A stretch of DNA of 64,000 bases from an uncultured Clostridia bacterium. GTDB lineage: Bacteria > Bacillota > Clostridia > TANB77 > CAG-508. The notes under the pieces are model-generated. The model was given only the letters and a program-made list of their open reading frames with translations. It was not told the origin of the DNA and ran no database searches. The stretch covers positions 9,149 through 73,148 of the forward strand of contig CANRGE010000004.1 of assembly GCA_947630065.1 (NCBI GenBank), given 5' to 3'. Positions 37,062 to 48,091 of this stretch are shown one piece after another (position 1 is the first letter of the stretch; every line of letters starts with the position of its first letter). The translations under genes were made by a program, and so were the position numbers.

Positions 37062-39962
37062 TTATCTTTTTATTTCTTCCATAACATAAACTTCTAGCAT
37101 ATCTCCCTCTACTATGTCATTATAGTTTTCTATTTGAAGACCACATTCAAAGCCATGATTTACTTCTTTTGCATCATCTTTAAATCTCTTTAGTGAAATT
37201 AATTTTCCATCATGTATAACAACATTGTCCCTTATTACTCTTATTCCAGCATTTCTAGCAATTTTTCCTTCTGTTACATAACATCCTGCTATAGTTCCAA
37301 CTCCACTAACTTTAAATGTTTGTCTAACTTCTGCTGAACCTATAACTTTTTCTTCAAATACTGGGTCTAACATACCTTTCATTGCTGCTTCAACATCTTC
37401 TATTGCTTGATAAATAATTGAATATTGTTTTATTTCTACTTCTTCTTTTTTAGCCATCTCTCTTGCTATTGGATCTGGTCTTACATTAAATGCTATTATT
37501 ATTGCATTTGAAACTTTTGCAAGTGTAATGTCTGATTCTGTTACTCCTCCAACATTTGCATGTATAACTTTTACTTGTACTTCTTCGTTAGATAGTTTTT
37601 CTAATGATTGTTTTACAGCTTCAACAGAACCTTGAACATCTGCTTTTACAATTAAATTTAATTGTTTTAAATTGCCTTTTTCTATTTGGCTAAATAAATC
37701 GTTTAATGTAACTCTTGATGTAGCATTTATTGTTTTTTCTCTTTGAGCTCTCTTTCTTCTTTCTATTAAGTGTTTTGCTGTTTTTTCATCTTTTACTTCA
37801 TAGAAAGTATCTCCCGCTTCTGGAACTTCTGTTAAACCTATTATTTCAACTGGTGTAGATGGTCCTGCTTTTTTAACTTTTTTGCCCTGTGCGTCTGTCA
37901 TTGCTCTTATTCTACCTATTGCAGAGCCCACTACAACTGTATCTCCAACATCTAATGTTCCACGTTGTACTAGCATTGTTGCTACTGGTCCTTTTGCTTT
38001 ATCTAGTTTTGCTTCTATTACAGTTCCTTTAGATTGTTTATTTGGATTTGCCTTTAATTCTTTCATATCTGCAACTAATAATACCATTTCTAATAAAGTA
38101 TCTATATTGTCTCCTTTTTTAGCAGATATTGGAACAAATATTGTATCTCCTCCCCATTCTTCTGGAACTAAATCATATTTTGTTAACTCTTGTTTTACTT
38201 TTTCAGGATTTGCTCCCTCTAAGTCCATTTTATTTAGGGCTACTATTATTGGTATGTCTGCAGCTTTTGCATGGTTTATTGCTTCTATTGTTTGTGGCAT
38301 AACTCCATCATTTGCTGCTACTACTAATATTGCTATATCTGTAATTTGAGCTCCTCTTGCTCTCATACTTGTAAATGCTTCGTGTCCTGGTGTATCTAAG
38401 AAGGTTATTTCTCTATCTTTTACTTTTACTTTATATGCACCTATATGTTGTGTAATTCCTCCTGCTTCTCCACCTATTACATTTGTTTTTCTTATTGTAT
38501 CTAGTAATGATGTTTTTCCATGATCTACGTGTCCCATTACAACAACTACTGGTGGACGTGGTTTTAAATCTGATTCATCATCTTCTGTATCATCAAATAA
38601 AATATCTTCTTCTGTTACATCTTCTCTTTTTATTGCAGTAATTCCAAATTCCTGTGCAATTAAATATGCTGTATCAAAATCTATCTCATTGTTTATTGTT
38701 GCCAAAACTCCATATCCTATTAATTTTTTAATAACTTCTGCTGTTGTTTTTTTCATTTCTGCAGCAAAATCTTTTACTGTAACAGGGTCTGGTATTGTAA
38801 TTTCTGTAAGTTTAAATATTTTTTGTTTAACTCTTTCTTCTTCTGGTTTATTTACTCTTTTCTTATTTTTTCTACCTCTTTGTGTTGTTAAATCATAAAA
38901 ATCTAACATTCCTCCATCTTGTTCATCAAACATATTTGATAACTTATCTCTTTGTTTTAAGCTTTTTAATTTACCTTCACTATATTCAAATCTATCTGAT
39001 TTTCTATTTTTGTTTTTCTTTGCAAGTTTATTTTCTTCGTTTCTAGCTTGTTTTTGTTTGTCTATGTTTTTGTTATAATCTCTAACACTCTCTTTTTCTG
39101 TAATATCTGTCATTATATTTTTAATATTTTTTTCAATTCCTTTTTCGTCAAGAGGTTTTCTATTATATTCATTATTATTGTTGTTTCTATAGTTATTTTT
39201 ATAATTTCCATTATTATTTTGTGCATTATTTCTATAATTATTAGAATTTTGGTTATTTCTATTAAAGCCTTGTTTATTGTTTTTAAAGTTATTGTAATTT
39301 TGTCCATTTCTATTTTGTTCATTATAGTTGTTATGATTTTGATTAAAGTTTCTTTCTACTTTAAAATTATTTTTATCTTTATTAGCAACATTTTCATTGC
39401 TTTTTTGTACATTTGTAACCACATTTTCTTTAACTTCTTGTTTTACTTCAATTGCTTTTGGCTCTTCTTTTACTACTGTTTCTGTTTTTGTTTCAATATT
39501 TTCTTCTTTCTTTTCTGGTTTATCTTCTTCTTTTGGATTTTTTAGTCCAAAAAGTTCACTAACTGTAAGTGGTTTTGTAGGCTTGTTTCTATATACTATA
39601 TTATAATCTTTATTTCTATTTCTTTCTATAAAACCTACATCTTTTTTATTATCCACTTTTTGATTTTTTTGTTCTTTTTTTGTTTCTGCTTCCTCATCTG
39701 CAATTATTACTTCTCTTCTAATAATTACAGGTGTAGATTGCTCTGTTTTTTTCTCTTTTTTAGTTGTTTTTTCTTCTTTTATTGATTTCTCTTCTTTTTT
39801 TACTTTTTTCATAAAACCTTCTTCTATTTTTTTTGCTATTTCTTCTTCTACCGAACTCAAATGATTCTTTACTTCTATTCCTAATTCATTTGCTTTTTCA
39901 ATAATTTCTTTACTGGTTAAGTCAAGCTTTTTTGCTATTTCATGTATTTTTATCTTACCCAA
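37062..39962 (-). CDS. infB: Translation initiation factor IF-2
   Basis: GTPase core ([28 protein letters not shown]). The N-terminal region is very Asn/Lys-rich. The likely start is TTG 39962 after GGGGTGA; the ORF-track ATG is at 39977. Confidence 0.93.
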   Translation of the reverse strand: MGKIKIHEIAKKLDLTSKEIIEKANELGIEVKNHLSSVEEEIAKKIEEGFMKKVKKEEKSIKEEKTTKKEKKTEQSTPVIIRREVIIADEEAETKKEQKNQKVDNKKDVGFIERNRNKDYNIVYRNKPTKPLTVSELFGLKNPKEEDKPEKKEENIETKTETVVKEEPKAIEVKQEVKENVVTNVQKSNENVANKDKNNFKVERNFNQNHNNYNEQNRNGQNYNNFKNNKQGFNRNNQNSNNYRNNAQNNNGNYKNNYRNNNNNEYNRKPLDEKGIEKNIKNIMTDITEKESVRDYNKNIDKQKQARNEENKLAKKNKNRKSDRFEYSEGKLKSLKQRDKLSNMFDEQDGGMLDFYDLTTQRGRKNKKRVNKPEEERVKQKIFKLTEITIPDPVTVKDFAAEMKKTTAEVIKKLIGYGVLATINNEIDFDTAYLIAQEFGITAIKREDVTEEDILFDDTEDDESDLKPRPPVVVVMGHVDHGKTSLLDTIRKTNVIGGEAGGITQHIGAYKVKVKDREITFLDTPGHEAFTSMRARGAQITDIAILVVAANDGVMPQTIEAINHAKAADIPIIVALNKMDLEGANPEKVKQELTKYDLVPEEWGGDTIFVPISAKKGDNIDTLLEMVLLVADMKELKANPNKQSKGTVIEAKLDKAKGPVATMLVQRGTLDVGDTVVVGSAIGRIRAMTDAQGKKVKKAGPSTPVEIIGLTEVPEAGDTFYEVKDEKTAKHLIERRKRAQREKTINATSRVTLNDLFSQIEKGNLKQLNLIVKADVQGSVEAVKQSLEKLSNEEVQVKVIHANVGGVTESDITLAKVSNAIIIAFNVRPDPIAREMAKKEEVEIKQYSIIYQAIEDVEAAMKGMLDPVFEEKVIGSAEVRQTFKVSGVGTIAGCYVTEGKIARNAGIRVIRDNVVIHDGKLISLKRFKDDAKEVNHGFECGLQIENYNDIVEGDMLEVYVMEEIKR

Positions 39963-40278
39963 TAATATCACCCCCATTTATAATCTTAGATATCTGTTCT
40001 GCAAAGCTATTATTTGTTATTCCTATAACTGCTTTATTTTTCTGTCCTATCGATTTACTTAGTTCCTCTTTCGTAGAAAACATAATAATTGGTATATTCT
40101 TTTGAGAACAATAAAATTCAAAATTTCTCTTTGTTCTATCTGCTGCATCTGTAGCAACAATTATTAATTGTATTTTATTTTTCTGTATCTTTTCTATACA
40201 TGCATCTGTTCCATAAACTATGTTTCCTGCTTTTGTACATAATCCTAATAGCCCTAATACTCTTTTATTTTCTATCAA
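39955..40278 (-). CDS. ylxQ: L7Ae-family RNA-binding protein (YlxQ-like)
   Basis: 107 aa, lying between ylxR and infB. Confidence 0.75.
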   Translation of the reverse strand: MIENKRVLGLLGLCTKAGNIVYGTDACIEKIQKNKIQLIIVATDAADRTKRNFEFYCSQKNIPIIMFSTKEELSKSIGQKNKAVIGITNNSFAEQISKIINGGDIIG

Positions 40279-40561
40279 TAATTACACCTCTTAAATCTTC
40301 ATAAATACTTTTATCTATTGATGTTTCAAAAGCTCTTTCTAGTCTCTTACTTTTAAATGCTTTTTCTAGACAATTTATATCGTCACATATGTATGCACCT
40401 CTGCCTTGCATTTTTCCTGTTGTATCTATACTAATCTTTCCATCTTTATTTTTAACGATTCTTATTAGAGATTTTTGTTCTTTTTTTTCATTACAGCCTA
40501 TACAGGTCCTTTGTGGTATTTTTTTCACATCTATCTCCTCCGTTTTATTAATTGTATTCAT
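40265..40561 (-). CDS. ylxR: YlxR/DUF448 RNA-binding protein
   Basis: PQRTCIGCNEKKEQKSLIRIV and GRGAYIC motifs. Confidence 0.85.
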   Translation of the reverse strand: MNTINKTEEIDVKKIPQRTCIGCNEKKEQKSLIRIVKNKDGKISIDTTGKMQGRGAYICDDINCLEKAFKSKRLERAFETSIDKSIYEDLRGVIIDRK

Positions 40562-40572
40562 GTTCTGTTTTA

Positions 40573-41652
40573 TTATTCTTCGGTCATATTAGCTAATATT
40601 TCTTTAAATTGTGTTTCTGATTTTATATCTATTTTCCAGTTTGTTAATCTTGCTGCCAATCTTGCATTTTGTCCAGCTTTTCCTATTGCTAAAGATAATT
40701 GGTCATCTGTAACAATTACTTGTGCAAATTTTTCTTCTTCTCTTATATCTATTGCTTTTACTTCTGCTGGTAATAATGCTGATGCTATATATCTTGCTGG
40801 ATCTGGATCCCATTCTATAACATCTATCTTTTCTCCATTTAATTCATTTATTATATTTTGAATACGTACTCCTTTTTGTCCTACACAAGAGCCTACAGGG
40901 TCTATATTTTCATTTGTTGAGTATACTGCAACTTTACTTCTATTTCCTGCATCACGTGATACACTTTTTATTTCTATTACACCTTCATAAATTTCTGGTA
41001 TTTCAAATTCAAATAATTTTCTAACGAAATCTGGACATGCTCTTGATACTATTACTTGTGGAACTCCTTTTGCTCCTTTTACAACATCTAATACATATCC
41101 TTTTATTTTGTCATTTACTTTATATTTTTCAGTAGGTATTTGTTCTTTTATTGGCATAATTCCTTCCAATTTTCCTAAGTCCATAATAACAATATTAGAA
41201 TCTGCTTTTTGAATTATTCCTGAAACTATTTCACCTTTTCTATCGTTAAATTCTGAATATATAATATCTCTTTCTGCTTCTCTTAATTTTTGAATTATTA
41301 CTTGTTTGGCTGTTTGTGCTGCTATTCTACCAAAATCTTTTGGTACCATTTCTACATCAACTGTTTCACCTAATTTTACTTTTTTATTTATTTTTTTTGC
41401 ATCTTCTTGATTTATTTGTAAATTTGAGTTTTCTACTGCTTCTACAACTTCTTTTACTGCATATAAATGTGCTGCACCAGTTTCGTGATCCATAACTACT
41501 TTTACATTTTCAGCTGAATCAAAATTTCTTTTATATGCTGTAAGTAATGCAGTTTCTATTGATTCTATTAAGTAATCTTTTTTTATACCTTTCTCTTTTT
41601 CTAAATCGTCTAATGCCTCTACTAGTTCTTTGTTATTAATTGCTTCTTTCAT
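40573..41652 (-). CDS. nusA: Transcription termination/antitermination factor NusA
   Basis: 359 aa with S1 and two KH domains (GSCVGQKGVRIQNI, AIGKAGQNARLAARL). Confidence 0.95.
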   Translation of the reverse strand: MKEAINNKELVEALDDLEKEKGIKKDYLIESIETALLTAYKRNFDSAENVKVVMDHETGAAHLYAVKEVVEAVENSNLQINQEDAKKINKKVKLGETVDVEMVPKDFGRIAAQTAKQVIIQKLREAERDIIYSEFNDRKGEIVSGIIQKADSNIVIMDLGKLEGIMPIKEQIPTEKYKVNDKIKGYVLDVVKGAKGVPQVIVSRACPDFVRKLFEFEIPEIYEGVIEIKSVSRDAGNRSKVAVYSTNENIDPVGSCVGQKGVRIQNIINELNGEKIDVIEWDPDPARYIASALLPAEVKAIDIREEEKFAQVIVTDDQLSLAIGKAGQNARLAARLTNWKIDIKSETQFKEILANMTEE

Positions 41653-41669
41653 TTTTTATTTTCCCCCTT

Positions 41670-42125
41670 TTAATTATTTTCCCAATTATATTTTGTTTTC
41701 ATTAGTGAAATATCTTTTCTTGGTATTTGTATATTTTCATCTAATATTATTTTTTCATCATCATATTTTGTTAAAATACCACTAATCTGCTTTTTTCCAT
41801 TTATAGGTTTAAACAGGTTTACTTCTATTTCAGTTCCTATATTTTGTTTTAAATGTTTTTCTTTTCGTATATTTCTTTCAATTCCTGGTGAAGATACTTC
41901 TAAAAAATACTGTTCTTTTATATAGTCTGCATCATCTAGTAACTCCATTATACCGTCATTTACTTTTTCGCAATCATTTAAGTCTATACCACTAGGTTTA
42001 TCAATAAATATTCTTAAATAATAATCTTTTCCTTCCTTAGCGTATTCTACATCATACAATTCATATCCTAGGTTATTTATAGTATTTTCTACTAGCTTTT
42101 CAACTTTTTCTTCAATATTTGCCAA
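41670..42125 (-). CDS. rimP: Ribosome maturation factor RimP
   Basis: TTG at 42125 lies 9 nt after AAGGAGG. The core is LEVSSPGIERNIRK. Confidence 0.85.
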   Translation of the reverse strand: MANIEEKVEKLVENTINNLGYELYDVEYAKEGKDYYLRIFIDKPSGIDLNDCEKVNDGIMELLDDADYIKEQYFLEVSSPGIERNIRKEKHLKQNIGTEIEVNLFKPINGKKQISGILTKYDDEKIILDENIQIPRKDISLMKTKYNWENN

Positions 42126-42339
42126 TAGATTAAACCTCCTTATATTTAACATGTATAAAGAGTGGGATTTGTTCCCACTCTTCTGTTTTTCATATTTGCT
42201 TTATTATTATACCCACTTTTTACCAAAAAATCAAGTATTTTTCGAAATTTTGCGATTTTTATTTTTCTATTTTATGTATAACTTTGAAAAGTAACCTAAC
42301 AATACACTCTAAAAAAAGCAATATGATAAGATAAAAAAT

Positions 42340-42467
42340 TAACATTGCACAGAAAATTTACAAAGTAAATTTTCGCGTCAACAAATCTTTACGCTTCTTT
42401 GAGACCTTGAATTTAGATAGCAAACTTTAAGATGTAGAGAAAAGGTCTCGCAAAGCGAGATTTGTTC
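42340..42467 (-). repeat. Dispersed structured repeat family 1, copy D (nested in another hairpin)
   Basis: 128-nt core in reverse orientation. It is flanked by AAAGCAATATGATAAG (42315-42330) and CTTATTATATTGCTTT (42469-42484), which are complementary to each other. Confidence 0.9.
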
Positions 42468-42527
42468 TCTTATTATATTGCTTTATGTAATAAATTTCTT
42501 TATACATTTATATAAACCTTTTATTTA

Positions 42528-43592
42528 CTAATCTCCAATTTCTTGCTCGTCATAATTCTGTTGTTCATTACTACTTGGGTAAATATTATTTGCCATAAGT
42601 CCTTTCTTTACTACTAGATATTCTGTTGCACAATCAACTTTTTGATCATATGTAACCATATTAGATTTATATTTAAATCCAGATTTTTTAGCTTCTTCTA
42701 ATATATTAATTTCTGTTTTATATTTTGAAAAAATATCTTTTAGTGTACTCTTATATTCATCTAAAGTTAATTGTGTATATGCTTTCATTTCTTCCTTTGT
42801 CATTCCTAATATTATATTTAAGTCACCATTTTCTTTTGCTTCTCGTATAATTTTTAGTTTTTCTCTTGCTGTTTTTCCCAATATTCCATTATATTGGCTA
42901 TTAAGTTTAAATAATTCTAGTTCACTCTTTTTAGTATAAAGCATTTGTATTGCATCAGTTTTAATATCTTCATCTAAATCATTTGCTTTTTTATATTCAT
43001 TAATTTTATTTTTGTATCTTTTTACTGCATATTCAGAACACATGGTTTCTAATGTATCAGATATTACATTTCCATTATAAAAGCTTAATAGTTCTTCACA
43101 ATCATATATGTTTAATCTTTCTAATGTATAGTCAAAATTGAACTGTAAAATTTCATATTCTGCCATTCTTAAATTTTGGAATTTTGAATTTTCATATATT
43201 GAATCAGTATTTTGAAAGTTTACATCTAGATCATTGGGATTAATATATCTATATCGTGTGTATGTATTCATTATATATTCTTTTAAATCTTTTATAAAAT
43301 CTGCATATTCTATTTTTTCTACTGTTTTTCCAATTTCATAAGTTAAAATTTTATATCCAGAATCTTCTAAAATTTCTTTTTGTTGTTCGAATTCTTCTCC
43401 TATTTCATCTTCTAACTCGATATATGTATCTGACAATACTGAAAACATTACTGTTAATTGTTTGTCTTTACTTTTGTCTATAAAAGTATTTCCATCAATT
43501 TCTTGTTGTGTTATGTCACTTATTCTTGTTACTATATTATGCATTAACCTCATTATTTTGTCTGTTATTACAAATAATTTTTTATTTTCCAT
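42528..43592 (-). CDS. Hypothetical ~354-aa acidic protein
   Basis: Long ORF. ATG at 43592 is better spaced from AAAGG than ATG 43601. No motif recognised. Confidence 0.6.
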   Translation of the reverse strand: MENKKLFVITDKIMRLMHNIVTRISDITQQEIDGNTFIDKSKDKQLTVMFSVLSDTYIELEDEIGEEFEQQKEILEDSGYKILTYEIGKTVEKIEYADFIKDLKEYIMNTYTRYRYINPNDLDVNFQNTDSIYENSKFQNLRMAEYEILQFNFDYTLERLNIYDCEELLSFYNGNVISDTLETMCSEYAVKRYKNKINEYKKANDLDEDIKTDAIQMLYTKKSELELFKLNSQYNGILGKTAREKLKIIREAKENGDLNIILGMTKEEMKAYTQLTLDEYKSTLKDIFSKYKTEINILEEAKKSGFKYKSNMVTYDQKVDCATEYLVVKKGLMANNIYPSSNEQQNYDEQEIGD

Positions 43593-43715
43593 ATTCAACA
43601 TCCTTTTATAATATTAATTGGTAATATTATATCACTTTTTTATTTGGTTTACAATAATATTTTATATTAATGTATAAAGTGGTATAATCGTTTGATTATA
43701 CCACTTTATACATTT

Positions 43716-44021
43716 TTAATCTTCATCTATAAAATTAAATTCATCCTTAAATTTTTCTTTAAAAATTTCAAATACTTTTGTTAGTGTTTCTTCATCATCT
43801 ACACTTACATAAGATTCTTCATCTTCAGATTCTGAATCTTCTACTTTTAGTATTACTACTTCTCCTTCTTCCTCTTCTTCTACTGGTAATAATACTACAT
43901 ATGATTCTCCTTCTAGTTCAATTAAATCTAAAAATTCGAATTCTACTTCATCGCCATTTTCATCATTAAGAATTATTGTGTTATCTAATTCTTCCTCTGG
44001 TATGTTATTGTTTTCGTCCAT
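43716..44021 (-). CDS. DUF1292 (UPF0473) family protein
   Basis: Acidic 101 aa (NGDEVEFEFLDLIELEGESYVVLLP), downstream of ruvX as in other Firmicutes. Confidence 0.8.
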   Translation of the reverse strand: MDENNNIPEEELDNTIILNDENGDEVEFEFLDLIELEGESYVVLLPVEEEEEGEVVILKVEDSESEDEESYVSVDDEETLTKVFEIFKEKFKDEFNFIDED

Positions 44022-44136
44022 ATATTTTCTCCTTTCAATATATTAAATTATATCTTCTTAATTTTAATAACTGTTTTTATTATTTACAATTTTAATTATC
44101 ATATACTATTTTATAAATATTTGCAATAATATTTTA

Positions 44137-44550
44137 TTATTTTCTGTTAATATACATTTCTAATATATATACTGCTGAAATAGTGTCTACTATACTCTTT
44201 TTCTTTCTTTTATTTATATCTAAAAAATTCATTGTTTTATGAGCTGCAACAGTAGTAAGTCTTTCATCCATTTCTACTATGCCTATTTTATTGTATTTAC
44301 ATTTTAATTTGTGGATAAACTTTTTTGTTACTTCTACTCTTTCAGAACTAGTACCATTCATATTAAATGGCATTCCGATTACAATAGTATCTATTTCGTA
44401 TTGTTTCATAATTTCATCTAATCGTGCTAATACTATTTTATCATTTCCTCTATGTTCTATTGTTTCTAGCCCTTGAGCTGTTATTCCTAAAGCATCTGAT
44501 ACAGCTATTCCAACTCTACTGTCACCATAATCTATTCCTAATGCTCTCAT
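44137..44550 (-). CDS. ruvX: Putative pre-16S rRNA nuclease / Holliday junction resolvase-like YqgF
   Basis: MRALGIDYGDSRVGIAVSD N-terminus, 137 aa. Confidence 0.9.
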   Translation of the reverse strand: MRALGIDYGDSRVGIAVSDALGITAQGLETIEHRGNDKIVLARLDEIMKQYEIDTIVIGMPFNMNGTSSERVEVTKKFIHKLKCKYNKIGIVEMDERLTTVAAHKTMNFLDINKRKKKSIVDTISAVYILEMYINRK

Positions 44551-44551
44551 A

Positions 44552-44806
44552 TTAATCTTCTAATCCTATATAATTTTTAACCATACTTTCTAATAATTCA
44601 TCTCGTTCTATTTGTCTTATTAAATTTCTAGCATCTTTATAGCTAGTAATATATGTTGGGTCTCCAGATAATATATAACCAACTATTTGATTTATTGGGT
44701 TATATCCTTTTTCTACCAATGCTTCATATACTGTTTTTATGATTTCCTTTGATTTTACATTTTTTTCTTTTTCAACAGTAAAGCTCATTGTTTTATCCAT
44801 ATCCAT
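44552..44806 (-). CDS. ireB: IreB-family regulatory phosphoprotein (UPF0297)
   Basis: [22 protein letters not shown] motif. Confidence 0.85.
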   Translation of the reverse strand: MDMDKTMSFTVEKEKNVKSKEIIKTVYEALVEKGYNPINQIVGYILSGDPTYITSYKDARNLIRQIERDELLESMVKNYIGLED

Positions 44807-44822
44807 ATTACTTACCTCCTTA

Positions 44823-45926
44823 TTATATTTGGCTTATTTCTTCTTGTTCATCATTAGAATCTAAATATTCCTCTAGTTTTTTTGTAAGACTTTCTAGTGC
44901 TGTTCCTTTATAATATGTAGATAATACCATATTTATTTTTGGAGTTGCAGTTCTTTTCTTTTCCTCTTTTGCTTGTTTAGTTTCTGCAGATATTTCTTGT
45001 ATTTTCATTTTTTCTAATTCTTTTTTTATGTTAGATACAAATTCTGTTACTTCTTCTATATTTACTCCAGAAAATACTATTACAAATTTAGGTCCCATAT
45101 ATCTTACAAATACATATTCTGGTGAAATACTATCTTTTATTGATTCACCAACTCTTGCTACTACTCTATCTCCTGTTTTTCTTCCATATGTGTCATTTAT
45201 TTTTTCTAAATTTGTAATTTTAAACATGCATACTGTGGAAGTTGTATAGTTGTCTATTATTTTCTTTCCTATTCCATATAAATATTCTGCTGATTTTAAT
45301 CCTGTAAACTTATCATCTCTTGCTATTTTTTCTACTGTATTTTGGTATCCTATAGTTTTATATACAGAAATTATATTATCTTTTACAACTTCTAGTATTG
45401 TTGTATCTATATTATCAAATGCATGTGGTTCTCCACTTTCAATTATCCAATATCCTATATAAACATTATCTATATATAATGGAAAAAACATAGCAGATTT
45501 AGCTCTTCCAAATTCCATTGTTTGGTATGGTAATCTATCTCCTTCTCCATTTATTGTAACATATTTAGGTGTTGCAGTAGAAATACTGTCTTTAAATATA
45601 TCTTGATTGTGAAGACTTCGTAGTGCATCCCAATGTTGTTCTTTTACATTTGTTGCTTTTATTACATATTCAGCACCATCAAACATAACAATAGTAGAAT
45701 ATTTTATATCATATTTTTCAATTAATATTTCATTAATTCTTGCTATTTTTTCATCTACTGATGTATAGTCTCCAATTGTATTCATGAAATCTTGTAATAC
45801 ATTTAATCCTGTTATTTTTTGCTCTATATCATTATAATTTTGTATTTTTTTATAGACTATTACGTTATATATCATTAGAGCTACTATTATAGCTATTAAT
45901 ATTACTAGTACTATTATATATCCCAC
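44823..45926 (-). CDS. Membrane-anchored GAF-like sensor plus degenerate GGDEF domain protein
   Basis: The C-terminal domain aligns with diguanylate cyclases ([24 protein letters not shown]). The signature position reads YMGPKF instead of GGDEF. Confidence 0.65.
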   Translation of the reverse strand: MGYIIVLVILIAIIVALMIYNVIVYKKIQNYNDIEQKITGLNVLQDFMNTIGDYTSVDEKIARINEILIEKYDIKYSTIVMFDGAEYVIKATNVKEQHWDALRSLHNQDIFKDSISTATPKYVTINGEGDRLPYQTMEFGRAKSAMFFPLYIDNVYIGYWIIESGEPHAFDNIDTTILEVVKDNIISVYKTIGYQNTVEKIARDDKFTGLKSAEYLYGIGKKIIDNYTTSTVCMFKITNLEKINDTYGRKTGDRVVARVGESIKDSISPEYVFVRYMGPKFVIVFSGVNIEEVTEFVSNIKKELEKMKIQEISAETKQAKEEKKRTATPKINMVLSTYYKGTALESLTKKLEEYLDSNDEQEEISQI

Positions 45927-45951
45927 ATTATCACCTCAATATTTTGTTGTT

Positions 45952-48048
45952 TTAATAATTTCTTTTCATTTGCTCTAGTGTATTATTAGTATCAGAAGAA
46001 AATGTTTCTCTTCTTTCATAACTGTCTACTGGTCTGTATTTATTACTTAATAATGGATATACCATATTTCCTAAGTCTTTTAAATCTTTCATAAAAGCTT
46101 TTGGATATCCAGATGTTGAGATTTTGCAATTTACAATTCCTTCCATATAATTGCAATATACTTGTTCATTAAATGGTATAACTCTATATTTTATTAAATC
46201 TTTATTGAATAGTTCTGTCATAAATGACATTGCTGGATCATTATAAAAAGCCATTCCACCAATTAATACTTTTGGATTCAATCCTCTTACTCTTGTATCT
46301 TTATTTATTACAACTTTTATTTTTTCTTGTGGTAATGCATCATTAGATTTTAAGTCTCTTAAAAAGTCTGTAAGTGGTTGAATTGTTAATATATCTAAAC
46401 TTTGTACAAGATATATTTCTCCAGAATTTCTAAAATATTCTGCTGGAGTTGTAAAATCACAATCTATTAATACTAATGAATAATTTTTAATTAATGTTGC
46501 TAAAATTCCTTTGCAGTCCATTTCTTTTTCTTCTCTTGGTAAAGATGTATATACTGCTAAATTTTGATTTACATTTATTCCTTCTGCTACACCTTGTGCT
46601 AATTTTTCAATAGATGTATAAGCAATTTTTCTTAATTCTTCTTCATTTTTGGTATATATATAATAAGAGTTCTTATTTTTTGTCATATCTAATATAGCAG
46701 TTTTTATTCCCATATTAGAAAAAATTTGTGCTAAATTATTAATTAAAAATGATGTTCCATTTTTGGTTGTTCCAACAAAGCATACTATTTTTTTGTCTTT
46801 TGTTATTAAGTTTTCTAAATCAATGTTGCTAGATTGATTTTGTACATTCATAATGCTATTAGAATAGCTATTATTTTCTAGTTCATTTTCAAAGCCTGGT
46901 AAAATATTATTTTCTTGATTATTTTTTTCTCCGTCTGTTTCATTTGCTAAATTAAATAGATTTACTGTTTCATCCTCTATATCTTCTTGCACCTTTTTAG
47001 GTCTTCCTCTTCTTTTTTTAGGTGTTTCTTCATCTACTTCTTCTTGTACCTTTTTAGGTCTTCCTCTTCCTTTTTTTGGTGCTTCAATTTCATTTTCAGT
47101 GATTTGTTGATTTTCTGCATAATTATTTTCTACTTTTTCTTCTATATTTTCTACCTGTATTGGTTCTGGTTGTATTTCATTTAATGTATTTTCTGTTTCT
47201 TCTATTTTCTTTACTTGTTTTGTATTAACAGCTGTTGGTACTACTATTGGCTTTGATAATTTTGGCTTACCTGTTTGATTTTCTATAAAATTAATTTTTA
47301 GTCCACTATCATGTTCTTTTTCTTTTTTATTCTCAACTACCGTCTTTTTACCTGTAAATGCCATAATTGATTGATATTTAGGAGAATTTATTTCCAAGAC
47401 AGCTCTAACATTTAAAGGTAAAAATTTAGTTATTACTTTTAACTGAGTATCTGTATATTGAGCTGCTATATTATTAAAGCTTTCTACGTATGCTTCTTCA
47501 TTTTTTCCTAATTTTTTATAGTGAGCTAATATATTTTGTATTTCAGTTTCACTTACACTGTCTTCTGTTTCTGACTGGTAATTTACATCTTCTGCTTCTA
47601 TTTTATAATATATCTTAGCTTCTTTTTTGGTACGTGGTTTTTTAATTAGTTTGCATACTTGTTCTATACTTCTATCTTGTCCTAATATAGCATCATATAT
47701 TCCTATTCCAAATAATTTAACTAAAATATTTTCTGCTTTTTCTCTTCTATCTGAGCAAATTAAAATTATAGGAGTATCTCCTCCTTCACTGTCTATTGCT
47801 TCATCTGTTATACTATCTAATTTTTCAAATATAAATCTATCTATTGCATCATAATCATTATTAGCAAAAGGTTCCAAATCTTCGCTTATGACAATTCTAT
47901 CATAAGATTTATCTCTCTGTATCTCTTTTAATATTGCATTAAAGTAATAAACATTTTTATAAGAAATTATTTCCTTATAATCTTTTTGATATTTTTTTAC
48001 TATTGACTCTGATATACTCTCATTACTAACAGCAAATAATACTTTCAT
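45952..48048 (-). CDS. Pseudo-receiver / AT-hook / ParA-MinD-like (TadZ/CpaE-like architecture) protein
   Basis: The N-terminus has a CheY-like fold without the acidic pocket pair. The centre carries two GRGRPKK / RRGRPKK AT-hook-like motifs. The C-terminus is a ParA-like domain with a degenerate Walker A (GTTKNGTS). Confidence 0.6.
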   Translation of the reverse strand: MKVLFAVSNESISESIVKKYQKDYKEIISYKNVYYFNAILKEIQRDKSYDRIVISEDLEPFANNDYDAIDRFIFEKLDSITDEAIDSEGGDTPIILICSDRREKAENILVKLFGIGIYDAILGQDRSIEQVCKLIKKPRTKKEAKIYYKIEAEDVNYQSETEDSVSETEIQNILAHYKKLGKNEEAYVESFNNIAAQYTDTQLKVITKFLPLNVRAVLEINSPKYQSIMAFTGKKTVVENKKEKEHDSGLKINFIENQTGKPKLSKPIVVPTAVNTKQVKKIEETENTLNEIQPEPIQVENIEEKVENNYAENQQITENEIEAPKKGRGRPKKVQEEVDEETPKKRRGRPKKVQEDIEDETVNLFNLANETDGEKNNQENNILPGFENELENNSYSNSIMNVQNQSSNIDLENLITKDKKIVCFVGTTKNGTSFLINNLAQIFSNMGIKTAILDMTKNKNSYYIYTKNEEELRKIAYTSIEKLAQGVAEGINVNQNLAVYTSLPREEKEMDCKGILATLIKNYSLVLIDCDFTTPAEYFRNSGEIYLVQSLDILTIQPLTDFLRDLKSNDALPQEKIKVVINKDTRVRGLNPKVLIGGMAFYNDPAMSFMTELFNKDLIKYRVIPFNEQVYCNYMEGIVNCKISTSGYPKAFMKDLKDLGNMVYPLLSNKYRPVDSYERRETFSSDTNNTLEQMKRNY

Positions 48049-48091
48049 TCGTTAATTCCTCCATATACGTTTTTATCATTTTTCAAGTTTT

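Noticed and set aside
39048-39606. ORFs 39048..39545 (+), 39113..39322 (-) and 39397..39606 (+)
   Set aside because: They lie within the Asn/Lys-rich low-complexity part of infB. They are frame shadows.
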